The translations under genes were made by a program, and so were the position numbers. This document shows, one piece after another, positions 10,201 through 22,600 of a stretch of DNA of 64,000 bases. Each line of letters begins with the position of its first letter. Positions within the stretch are counted from its first letter, which is position 1. Under the pieces are notes generated by a model that did not search any database, had not been told where the DNA came from, and worked only from the letters and a program-made list of their open reading frames with translations. Origin of the DNA: Leucoraja erinacea (lineage: Eukaryota); contig NC_073409.1 in the NCBI RefSeq assembly GCF_028641065.1, positions 11,408,001 through 11,472,000 on the forward strand. Reading direction: 5' to 3'.

Positions 10201-11339
10201 AGGATTGTCTGTGGCTAATCCTGGCACAGAACACGGAACAATACACAGGTACAAGTTATGGCTCACAATGTCTGCATTGAACGTGATGACAAGTTAATCT
10301 CCTCAGATATGGATACGTGATATCTGCATATCCATGTGTGTATCTAAATGCCTCTTAAACACCACTATCATATTTGCCCCTACCACCACCCTTGGCTGCG
10401 TGTTCCTGACACTTATCACTGTGCCAAAAACGTACCCCGCATATCTCCTTTAAAATTTGCCCTTTTCACCTTAAAGCTATGCCCTTGACATTTTCACCCT
10501 GAGGGAAAAAAAGTCCTGACTGTCCACCCCACCTTTGCCTCTCATTATTTTATATACTTCTATCAGGTCTCCCCTCACCCTCCAGAAAAATAGGCCAAGT
10601 TTGTTCAACCTCTCCTTATAGCTAGTATTCTCTAATCCGGGCACATTCTGGTAAACCTCTTCTGCATCCTTTCCAAAGTTTCCTCATTCTTCCAATGACT
10701 AGAACACAATAATACTGCTCTCTGTAACAACTATATCATTTTGGATACCATGTTTCAGAGTTTCGATGTTTCAGAAGCGATAGAGAGGAAGATAAAAGAA
10801 ATAGAAACAAGGAACTGCAGATGCTGGTTTACAAAAAAAGACAAAGCTCTGGAGTAACTCAGCAGGTCAGGCAGCATCTCTGGAGAACATGGATAGGTGA
10901 CGATTTGTTGGGGGGGGGGGGGTGACAGCTGGAACAGAGAAGGGCAGAGAGGCTTTTAAGGTGAATGTCAAAAGTTACGGGGAGAACAGCCTAGCAAGTA
11001 ATAGATGGATGCAGGTGAGGGGGGTTTTGGTAAGCAGATGGCTGGACAAAGACAGAAATAAAAAGACAGAAGGTGTGAGACAGGATTAAAAAGTTGCAAT
11101 TGTGAACCTAGTTGAAGGAATTAGATGCAGTTGTTATTGGGTAAGTCAGCACCTGACACGCGGGAGTCATTTAAGAGCCATTGATCAAAATCCATGACCA
11201 GCATGCTCCAGTAATTACTGATAAAGAATGGCAAGGTAAGGGACTATGGCTGACCACAGAGATTGTAAATTTGGTCAAAATGAAGTTAATGCAAGGTTTA
11301 AGAAGAAGAAATCAGACAGGATCTTTGAGGAATAATGAT

Positions 11340-12850
11340 AATTTATTTGTCATTCAAACATATATGTATACATTTATGAGCAAAATGTTGTTTCTCACAG
11401 GACTGAGGCGCAAGGTGCGCATAGTGGTTGATATTGTGTTTTAGGTGGGGTGTGTGTGTTGGGGGGGCAGCAGAGTATTTATTCATCATTCTAACAGCCA
11501 GGGGGAAGAAGTTGTTGCACTTCCTGGTGGCGGTGGCCTTGATGCTCCGGTACCCCATGCTGGACGGCAGAAGGGCAAAGAGTCCATGGAGGAGATGGGA
11601 GGAATCCTTTATAATGTTGAAGGCTTTTTTTTTTTGAAATGCATCTTTTGTTGAAATTGTCCGGAATGATTGGGAGATGTTCTCCGCTGCCCTGACTAAT
11701 CGCTGCAGGGTCTTTCTGCCTGATGTGGTGTAGTTCCCGTACCAGACGGTGATACAGCTGGTCATGATTCTCTCTGTGGTACCTCTATAAAGAACATAAA
11801 TAGGATGGGTGGGGGAAGCCTCGCTCATTTCAGCCTCCTGAGGAAGTACAGCCCCTGCTGAGCCCTCCCGGCCAGGTGTGTAGTGTTGAGAGACCAGGAG
11901 AGGGCGTCAGCGAGGTGCATCCTTCGGGATTTGATGTTGCTCACTCTCTCCACGATGGAGCCATTGATGTGCAGGGGGGAGTGGGCAGTCTGCATTCTCC
12001 AGAAGTCTACAATCATCTCTGGTCTTGGTAATGTTCAGAGACAGATTGTTACCTTAGCACCAGTTCACAAGCTGTGCCACTTCCTCTCTGTAGGCAGTCT
12101 CATTGGTGTCTCTGAGGCCCACCACTGTAGTGTCATCTGTAAATTTGATTATTTGGTTGGTGTTGTGTTTGGCGGCACAGTCGTGGATAAGTAGTGTGAA
12201 TAGTGGTGGACTAAGGACACAGCCTTGGGGGGCTCCGGTGTTCAGGAAGGTGGTGTTTGAGGTGTTGTTGCCAACATGGACTGACTGGTTGATGTGTTAA
12301 AAAGTCCAGGATCCAGTTGCAGAGCAGGGTTATTGAAGCTGAGCAGGGAGAGCTTCCCCACCAGCTTCTGAGGGATGATCGTGTTAAATGCCGAGCTGAA
12401 GTCAATAAATAGCATTCTAGCATAGATGGGGTTATTTTTGTTGTCTATGTGGGAGAGGACTGCATAGAGGGTGGAGGAGATGACATAGAGGGTGTGGAGC
12501 TGTTAGGGCGGTATGCAAACTGGTGCGGGTCTAGTGAGGTGGGGAGGTTATTCTTGATGTGTCCCATGACTAACGATTCGAAGCACTTCATCACGATGGG
12601 GGTCAGTGCCACGGGACGGTAGTCATTGAGGCAGGAGACAGATTACTTTTTTTGGCACCAGGATGATGGTGGCGGCTTTGAAGCGGGTGGGGACGGTAGC
12701 CTGGCTCAGGGAGATGTTGAAAATGTCTCGAGAGGACATCCGCCAGCTGGTTAGCACATTCCTTGAGCACACAACCAGGTATGTTGTCTGGTCCTATGGC
12801 TTTCCGTGGGTCAACCCTGGTTATGGCTCTTCACACGTCGGCTGAATCCA
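11340..12850 (-). mobile_element. Rex1/Babar LINE RT fragment, inserted in a CR1 fragment
   Basis: Minus-strand RT motifs [34 protein letters not shown] and IIKFTDDTTVVGL; C-terminal SCITVWYGN. Confidence 0.85.
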
Positions 12851-14000
12851 GTATTATTATCTGCTCTAAAACAAATAGGAAAGAACTCAAGCAGACAATT
12901 GGAAGGGCCCAAATGGGCCAAAGGAAAGGCTTTGGTGAAAGGCGTTAAAGATTAAGGAAAATCCCAAGCCGTTTTGTAACTGCATTAAAAAGAAGAGGGT
13001 AACCAGGCAGAAGATTAGACTGCTCAAGGATAAAGGAAGAAATGTATGTCTGGAGTCAGGGGATGAAGGCAAGATACTAAATAAATACTTTGCATTTGTA
13101 TTCACCAAGGAGAAAGACGTGGTGACTAATGTAAGAACTGTTTGAAATCAGGAAAGAGGTGGTTTGGGAACATGTGCAAGGTGCTGCATTTTGGAGGTTG
13201 AATGTAAGGGGAAAGTAATAATGGAAATACCCCTAACAGCATTAATATATGGAGGGATCTTGGGGAGGGTCAAGTTCGTAACTCCCAGAAAGTGGCAACA
13301 CAAGTAGATAGTCATAAAGACATACTTGCTTTCATGGGTCAGCGCATTGAGTATAGGAGTCAGAAAGACATGATGCAGCTTTGTAAGCGAGCTTGATGGC
13401 TGGCACGGACTTGATGGACTGGGCTTGCTTCAGTTCTGTATGACTATTTATACCTCAAACTGTATTGCAATGACTTGTTCTACCAGTGTTAACACCTTGT
13501 AAGTGTCATATGCCCAAGATGCACTGTGGATTTCATCATTCAGGTAGGATGCAAACTGTTGGCTCGGGCTCAGGCTCAATAGTCCAGGACTCAGTTCCAG
13601 GTGGTGAGAAACCACAGGGCACAGCCTCAGAATAAAAGGATGTACCTGTAGAATGGAGATGAGGAGGAATTTCTTCAGCCAGAGGGTGGTGAATCTGTGA
13701 AATTCATTGCCACAATCCAGTCACTGGGTATTTTTAAGGCAAATGTCAACAGTTATGGGGGTGGGGAGGCAGGGGAATCCCCCCCCCCCCCAAAGGGAAA
13801 GAGAGGGAAAATAGATCAGCCATGATTGAATGGCAGAACAGACTCAATGGGCCGATTGGTCTAATTTTGCTTGTATGCCTTATGACTCTGGAGTATAATC
13901 AAGCAAATTAACCACCATCCTAATCAGTGTTCCTAATCTTCTGAAATGGATTTTCTACCAGCAAGTGAAGTATATTCAAGACAAAATTTCAAAAAAATCT

Positions 14001-14006
14001 TTTATT
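14001..14006 (-). terminator. TRPM7: Distal AATAAA polyadenylation signal of TRPM7 (a proximal one is at 14636-14641)
   Basis: Plus strand tttatt, followed on minus by a U/GU-rich stretch, at the end of ~1.1 kb of AU-rich 3' UTR with no recognisable repeats. Confidence 0.6.
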
Positions 14007-15068
14007 AGATTAAATGATGTACAAAATTTATGCAGCATGATCCCATTAGCGCTTGGCCTTTACCATCCAACCTATGTAAAACCACCATCTTATTTTAAGT
14101 TGTGTTCGTGCCTTAGATACAGTATCTATAAGATACATCTATTAGATTAAAAATTATACAGCTCTTCATATAAACACCCTTGTTTTAAAAATGACAATAG
14201 TACCTCTGTAACATAGAAAAGATGCCCGATGCCACCATTTACATAAATATTTTAAGGTCGACATGTGGCTTCATCGTGCTGACAATTCAACCAATTCAGG
14301 TCTCATTATTTGCATAAAGATAGATTGCAATCTGCCCATTACCATATATACAAGGATTTCAATACTTCCTTTTAAATTCAATCTGCATGTACCACAAATT
14401 CTAGCATTACAACGGAAATTCATTAAAATCAGATTACCAGAACATTCTTTTGACTGTGCTGACTAAACAATTCTTGCTTGTTTCATGTGTTAGTTTAATT
14501 GATCGGCTTATTAAAAACCTGCCATATTTTGTCAGACATAACACTACTTCACATTTTATAGAGGATTTTTCTGCTTGGTAATTTGTAGTTTAAATATTAT
14601 TTGCATCTTGGTACAATTGTACCAATATACATGGCTTTATTAAATAAACTGATTAAAAATGGTTTAAAATGTATGCATTGTGAAGACTTAAAACCGGCAT
14701 TTAGCTTTGTTTAAAATCTTTACACTTCAATTAAATTTGTTTTCAACATGGATTGCTCTGTAGAGAACAGATAATTTCAGTTCATTAACCTCAACATCAC
14801 TTGCTGCAATTCTCACAACAGGTCAATTACACAACAACAAAATAGCTAGTTACATTTAGATTGCACTGCAAATGCATCAGGCAAGACTACAGACAAGTCA
14901 CAGCATTCTTTACCCTTTGTTTTTGTTTCAACAAATCGTCCGTGATTAGATTTTGGGAACTTGCTTCCACAGAACTCTTGGCAGCCCTTCTGATTCAGCG
15001 ACAAAGGCGACTTCAGGCAATTTCAAGTTTCTGGCAGCGGGAGACTGTCTCTGTACCATTCTCAGTGC

Positions 15069-15190
15069 CTAAATCATTAGGCGTAATGAGTTTCGTACAT
15101 CTTTGGTACCACTGCCAGACTGGATTGCAACTTCTACATCATCTTGAGCTAGTACCACTTTGTCTGGCGTATAATCATTCCTTTTGATAT
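15069..15190 (-). CDS. TRPM7: TRPM7 last coding exon [11 protein letters not shown]...SLRLMI*
   Basis: Acceptor cttag; TAG stop at 15071-15069. Confidence 0.93.
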
Positions 15191-16590
15191 CTAAGCACAG
15201 AAAATAAAATATGACATTGATTATGCAACGGATCAAAAAAAAGTTAAAAAGATTAACTTGCCTCCATGTCTGCGGAAATAGGGAGGAATGACTCAACAGC
15301 AGATGTTTATCTATATCCTGCCACCTACAGCAATATTTACTAAAAGGCAGATTAAACCCATCATTCGTTTCAGCAGTATGTTTAATCATCTGTATTTCTC
15401 AATTGGTTTGGAAGGAAATTCAAATGATCAGAAACATCCGAGGCAAATTATAATGTCACAGAACATATGGGCCACCAGTATCAATGAGGTCTTTAGAGAT
15501 GCATCCATTCACAGGATAGGATAGCAAATGTATTATATCAGATGAAAATCATGAAAAAAAAATGGATTGCTGGAAATCTGAAATAAAAATGGGAAGTGCT
15601 CGAAGGAGTCAGCAGGACAGGCCGTGGGAAAGAAAAGAGCGTTGACATTTCAGATCTCAGAGCTTTGACAAAAAGTTTTGGACCTGAAATATTAACTGTT
15701 TCCCCTCACAGCTTGACCCAAGTGTTTGCAGCATTTTATGCACAGTCCATTAGTATGTTTCACTGATTTATGAAAATCCGACATCTGTTCACACAGTTGT
15801 AAGAGTTGGGATGTGATGTTGCAACTGCGCAAGATGTCGGTGAGACCACACGTGGAGTATTTTGTGTAGTTCTGGTTGCCATGTTATGAGGATGTGATTA
15901 AAAGAGGGTACAGAAAAGATTCACAAGGAAATTACTGAGACTGGAGGGCATGACTTATATGGAGAAACTGAATAGGTTGGGCCTGTTTTCCCTGGTGCAA
16001 AGGAGGCTGAGGGGTAAAGGTTTACAAAATCAACAGGGGCAGATCAGACTTTAACCACATCAGTGGAATCTAAAACTAGGGGGCAGAGATTTCAGATGAG
16101 ACGGGAGGGATTTTCCACACTGAGAGTGGTTGGTTTATGAAACAAACTGCCTTAAGAATTGATAGAAGTGGGTACAATTACAATGTTTAAAAGGTACACG
16201 GATAACAAAGGTTTAGAGAAAAATGGGCCAACACAAGTAAATGGGAGTAGTATGGATGAATTGGATCAAAGGGCTGTGTAATTATGACTCTAACTTTGAC
16301 CTCTGGATCAAAAATATTTTCCATACATACACACACTTATCTACCACAATAAATCCACACTGGCTCATGTATTCTGGACAGATTTTCCAAAATGCTTAGT
16401 GTGCAGCAAATGTTACATAGCTACAGTGAAATGGGTTTATTGGGACCACTAATGCTGTGTGGAGTTTGTTTGGTCTCCGTAACTGCATTTTTCCTGGTGA
16501 TCTATATCCTGAATACTTTTTGGATGGCAGGTTTACTGGCCACTATTAATTGCCCCAATAGTACATGATGATAGAATCAGGGGGGGTAAT

Positions 16591-16631
<41 letters not shown>

Positions 16632-19600
16632 AGATACATTTGAGGAAATTAAGTGGGAGAATGGGATTAAAGGAATGATCAAGACTCATCCCTTGAGTCC
16701 TTTAATCCCAGTCTCCCAATTCATGTGCTGAATTAGCTCTCTAGGACATATGTAAATATACAAGAGAATTGAGTAAAATTTCATAAACTGAAATTAATCC
16801 AACAGATGTATTATTTCTCTGAACCCCCCACATCACCTTCATACCCTGTCTTATCACCAAGCTTCAATTTCATCTTTGACTTGGAAAAATGTGAAGACAT
16901 GTTAAAGGCAGCTTGTGATCAATCTAACAGAACGCAGAGAACGACAAGGGGAAGAATGTTTCACTGAGACAACAACGTACTGTGGAAAGGAGGGATTCAA
17001 TGATGGGCAGAAAGGAGAACAACCTGGAGGCGTGCATGTATTTAATGAAAAAGAACAGCCGAACATGTTTTCAAGAATTGATAGCAGCAGAATATGAGGC
17101 AACAAGGGTAAATATTTAATCTTTTTGCTGGGTGCACCAATAATGGCACAACAAAGTGTCTCGCTGGATCATTTAAGAGATCATTTATACGATAGTTGAG
17201 ATTGACCAACAAGTTTGTTGCAGGGAAGGAAAAAAGGGTCTAAAGTAAAATAAAAATTGCAGCAATTGCATTTGGATATTTTGACCAAATGCACGTCACA
17301 CCAGCAGAGAGATCTTCACATTATTATCCAATTTAATATCCTTTAGGTCAGGAGTCGGCAACCTATGGCCCATGAGCCGGATCCGGCCCATAACCCGAAA
17401 TTATCTGGCCCGCAGGCGTATTTTTCCCCCCGTCATCTAGACTTCTTTAGACTGTTTAATACAGTGACATTTAATATGGCCAGCGACATAAAGGCTTGCT
17501 TTAATGCTCCTAGCAATCCTGTTTGTGGATACAAAAAATCCGAACTGATATAATCTCGTGAACTGGGCAAAAGGTTAATTGGATTGGTGGACGTAGTTCC
17601 ACTGATGTAAAAAGTAGGTATGTTGCAAAACCTACCTTAAGCGTCGCTGCAGATCTGTCCCAGCCCGTGTGTGCGATTATGGTGCCGTTTAGAGGGGGGG
17701 CGGGTTTAAAACACGATTTTCCCTAGGCTATTCAAATCGAGCTTGTTCAGTCGACTTAGTTGCTGACGAAAAATCGCTGCGAGGTTTGGTCGCTGGAGCT
17801 ATTTTTACCTTTTTAGGGTTTATTTAATTATTATAGCAAGTTAAAAATTAACCTCTAAACCCGCGACCGCCGACAACGGGCCGGATCTCATACAGGGGAC
17901 AACGGAAGGTAGGTTGTTTATTTTTACATTAAAAAGCGCTTCTTAAGATCCCTTTATACAAAGTTTAATGTTGCGAGTAGCTAATTTGGGGCCCCATTAA
18001 ATCCCGCAGTATTTTTCTGGCCATTTGGGGTACAAATCTACCGCAATGTGAACGTTCTAAACCAGCACGCTTTCCACAGGATCCCACTCGAAAGCCGATT
18101 TAAATGGTCATTAATTTACAGCAATTGAACACTAAATTCCTTCCATTGGGCCTATAAATTAATGTAAATGAGATTTAAAAATCATGTTTTATTGTGAATT
18201 CTTTGTGAATGTTATTTGGACACTTAGGCTATTTAAAAAATGTTAATCTTTTTTTAAGAAATGGATAGATGTTTAGATCTAGTAATTGAAGTTTGGAATT
18301 AGCTACAATTGGGTAACTAACTAATTATATGCTTTAATTTCAGGTCATCCAAGTAAGATTGTTTTATATTTGTTTCAGAATGCTTCAATCTATGATAACT
18401 GAAAATTTCATTCAGTTCTCTTAATTTTTGAGAAAGTTATGGGCTTTTGACTGTCCACGATCACAGCTTTTTTGTTATGTCCATAGAAAATCAATAGGGA
18501 ACAAGATGCTAATTTCCGAGTATGAAAATGGCCATAACATTTTTAATACTTGAGATATGAAAGTGAATTAGGTGTCAAATTAAACTACTTTTTATGCTTT
18601 ATCTGATGGGATAAATTGCAGACTTGATTTTTAAAATCTCAAAATTTTGTAACATTGCTAGTAAAAGTGTAGTTACAGTTGCAGCGGCTGTGGTGCCTGA
18701 TGCACAGCGCGCCTCCGAGCCCGGGGGAGGGTCAGGGCCAGGACCGCCCTCTTCAAAGATAGCGGCGCTGCCGGCCGTTGGTTCGTGGACACGCCAGACA
18801 GGAATCCAGCGGTAAATGGACGGGATTGGACCTTGGAGAGGAGAGAGGTGGGGAGAGGTGTAGAGAGGGAATGGGGAAAGTGAAGTAAAGAGGAGAGAGG
18901 GGGTGAGGAGAGAGGAGAGGGGGGGGGGGAAGGAGAGAGTGGGGGGGGGGGAGAGAGGAGGGAGGAGAGGTGGTGAGAGAGGGGGAAGGGAGAGGGGGAG
19001 GAGGTGGGGGAAGAGAGGGTAACAAAGGGTCTGCATGAAGTTTAGGACAGAGGGGTGAGAGTAGTTTCAATACCAGTGTCTCAAACTAACTGCTATGTTC
19101 GGAAGTCATAATATTGCTTAAATATATAAATATTTATATATGTGGCCTGCCATCCACTCACAGGCATGGGTCCTGGACCCTATGCAGAACAAGGTTGCCT
19201 ACCCCTGCTTTAGGTTAAACGTGTATTTAGTTGTGTAACACCAAATGGCTTTCTTCATAAATATATTGTGGTAATGAACCATCTAGTTCAGCCCTGAAAC
19301 TCAATACTTAGATATGCTGCATTAGCTAAAACCCAGACTTAACAGCTCAAAGCTGACCACAATAACTTTCCAGGTGTGAAGCAACTCCAATGCCACAGTT
19401 GCTGCTTGAACGGAGGAATAAGGATTTCATCAGGATTCTACCCATGATCCAAACATCCCAGTTATTGTGCGGCTCATCACAGGGGTTTCAGGGTTTGTAC
19501 GGTAATGAGTCATTGCTCACAGAGAGAAAAGATTTAAGAAAAATAATGATAAAATCTTACCAGGAAGTTTAAGTCTCCCACAGCAAGAATTACAATGGTG

Positions 19601-22600
19601 TTTTGATCGAAAGTTTTTAACCGCATCTTCTCCCAAATTGGCAGGTCCAAATACCATGTCATGTGACCTGAAAGAAACAGCGTAAACTTGGATATTGCAG
19701 TCACTTACAGAATGCTGGTAACAATGCGTTAGCTTAAAGTCTGTCTGCAGATTCACCTCCAGCAAGAAGAGGTAGGTGACTCGTGACCTTCATGAATGTG
19801 GAGCAAAAGCCTGAAGGACCAACTCCCATTTCTACTGCTCTTCCATATGATAACATTTTTAGATTTAAGGAATCCAGGGATAACATGTTAAGTGTTAGCA
19901 CTGAGGGGAAAGTAGCACTGAGATAAACACCACAGTACAACTGGGCGGTGAAGCAGGTGTGTTCCTTAAGCTTTATTTAGTAAAACTTCGAACAAAAAAC
20001 AAATAAAGTAACATCATTTTTTACAGAAAATGTAAAAAAAGATTGATTTACTGAGCTGGATCACAAATCCGCCAGAACACAGTGAATGTTGAAACAGCAT
20101 CAGGAGGAAATGACCTACTCCTGTCCCTATTTTGTAGTAAATCTTTTTTGCAACCTCTAAAGACTGACATTTTCCTTGAGTAATTTCCAGAAAGAAATAT
20201 GATTCTACTAATTTTCCTGCCAATAAATTGAAGTTACTGCTTGCCAAAGACTTTAGGTACAGATCACTGCACTCCCATCAAATTATGTGTCGTGGAAGGA
20301 GGAAAATTGATATTTAAATTAATACTCACTGTTTCTCCTCAGACTTTATTACCGAAGGATCAGTTAAGTTCTCCCCAACACCTATAAAAGTAAATATACA
20401 AAACTAGATTAAACTACCCCTCTTACAAATATATCAATGTAGAACATGAAATAAATGCACCTACTGGAAATAGATACAAAAATACTGAAAGCTAGGTCAG
20501 GCAACATCAGTGGAAAGGGAAAGACTTGATGATTCAGGTCCAAGACCCTTCATCTAATGAAAAGTCTGAGACCCAAAACATTATTTCTATTTATCTTTCC
20601 ACAGATGCTATTCATCTGCTCAATGTGTCCAGCGTGTTCTGTTTTTATATCAAAATGGATTTATGTCCTTCGAGCTTCAAGCTTCAATAGCAATGCCATG
20701 ACAAAGAAGCACGACCCCATTTAAATGCTATGGTCTTCACATTCAGTCAGCTTCAGTTTCAGGCTATGACATTTTTCTGATTGCACGTCCTATCACCATG
20801 GTAAATGTAAGGACATTTTGGATGCTGTTACTCGGTTCATTTTGCCTGGTGTTTGTTTTAGGTTTTGTGTCCAGACCTGTTCATGGCATTCATTCAACTG
20901 CTTCTCTTTCTCCCTTGTGTCAGCAAATGCTTTCATAACTTGTCTACATAATGGTAGTTTTCCTTTATTGTACACTTTAACAATTTAAGTTCCACTTTCT
21001 AGAGTGATTAGCAGCTTTGACAATAGTTGGTCTTATGCATAAAGTAGACGACATTATCAACACCTGTCAAATGTCTCTGCGTACTAATTATTTACCAGAC
21101 CCTATCATAGAGTTTACTTTTGGGGAGAGAAATCTGAAATACTGATGTCAAGCTGCATCCAAGGGATTTTTGTTAGATGGCCCGTTATAACGCGGGTTTA
21201 CTCTATTCATGTATAGTATTACCTGATTTGATTGAACCGCATGCAAAACCAAGCTTGTCATTGTACTTCGGTAAAATGACCATAATAAACCTAAACCTAT
21301 TGCTACCAAAAGAAAAGTTTCAAGTTTTTACAATTTATAATCCGTTTGAAACTGCTTAATTTTAACAGTTCAGAGTTCTGACATGATCATATATCAAAGC
21401 CTTTTAAAAATGATGACATTTGGAAGTTTAGAATCACCAATTATTAACTGTTTAAGAATAATTTAAAAAAAATCAGCGTTCACAACTAATATAAAGCTAC
21501 TTCACTTTAACAAAAGCTTATCGTACTCACCTTGCAAGTCCAGAACCAGTAGTTCACCTCTCGTATACTCATAGGTCCAGTGACTAAAGGCAAGCATGGT
21601 CTCCTCCAGCATGTTGTTTGGACGGATCTCATCACCACTGTTATGATTAAATTTCCGGAACTCCCCAGTCATACATTCTTCAATTGCAAACCATTGGCTT
21701 GCTGAATGACAATACAGAAGGAACACTTCCAGGAACCTGAGGTTAATCAGACATTTATTCAATATAACATAGGAAACAACTATACTATGTAACTATATAG
21801 ACACAAGCAATATAATGAATAATTATAGTGGTAGCAAACTAACTTACTCTTCCTGACAGATATTATAATTAAAAACTTATGCTTGTACTGTTAAGGAAAA
21901 ACATGAATTATTTCTCTTCTTAAGTGTCTTAAGGGACTGTCACATTAAAGGTGCTGCACAAATACACATTATAATAATAGAGCCAACCAACATGGAAACA
22001 GGCCCTTCAGCCTAACTTATCCATGTTAACCAAGTTACATCATCCAAGCTAGTGCCATTTTCCACACCTGGCCCATTTTCTTCTAAGCCTTTCCTATCCT
22101 GTACCTGTCCAAATGTGTTTTAAACTTTGTTATAGTACAACTACATCATCTGGCAACGTTCCATATACCAACCACCCACTGTGTGAAAAGGTTGCCCCTC
22201 GGATTCCTTTTAAGTCTTTGCCCTCTCACCTTAAATCTGTGCCCTCTAGTTCTTGATTCTCCCCCCAGGGATAAATACTATGCATTCACCTTATAGATTC
22301 ACATTAATAGATTTTCTTTCAGATACAAAGAATCAGGGAATATGGGGATAGTACACCGAGGTAAAAGATCAGCTATAAAATCAATGACTGGCAGAGCAGG
22401 CACAATGGGACAGAATGGTTTATCACTACTTCTGTTCCATAATGTGTACAATATTCCTCCTATCTTTCCATCCTGTAGCAATCGATGAAACTGTAAAGTT
22501 ATACCAATCTTGCCAAAAATAATACTGGGATGAAAATAACTGGCAATTGTTTTTAAAGGCATTCTTCTTCTGCTAGGGAAGCATGGCAAAAAAGCTCAGA

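Larger units (their letters stand above)
17349..19207. mobile_element. Non-autonomous hAT (Charlie-like) element
   Basis: TIRs CAGGAGTCGGCAACCT / AGGTTGCCTACCCCTG with a perfect 8-bp TSD CTTTAGGT (17341-17348 and 19208-19215). Confidence 0.88.

Noticed and set aside
18599-19070. Pro/Leu/Ser-rich ORFs
   Set aside because: Translations of a polypurine low-complexity tract inside a hAT element.
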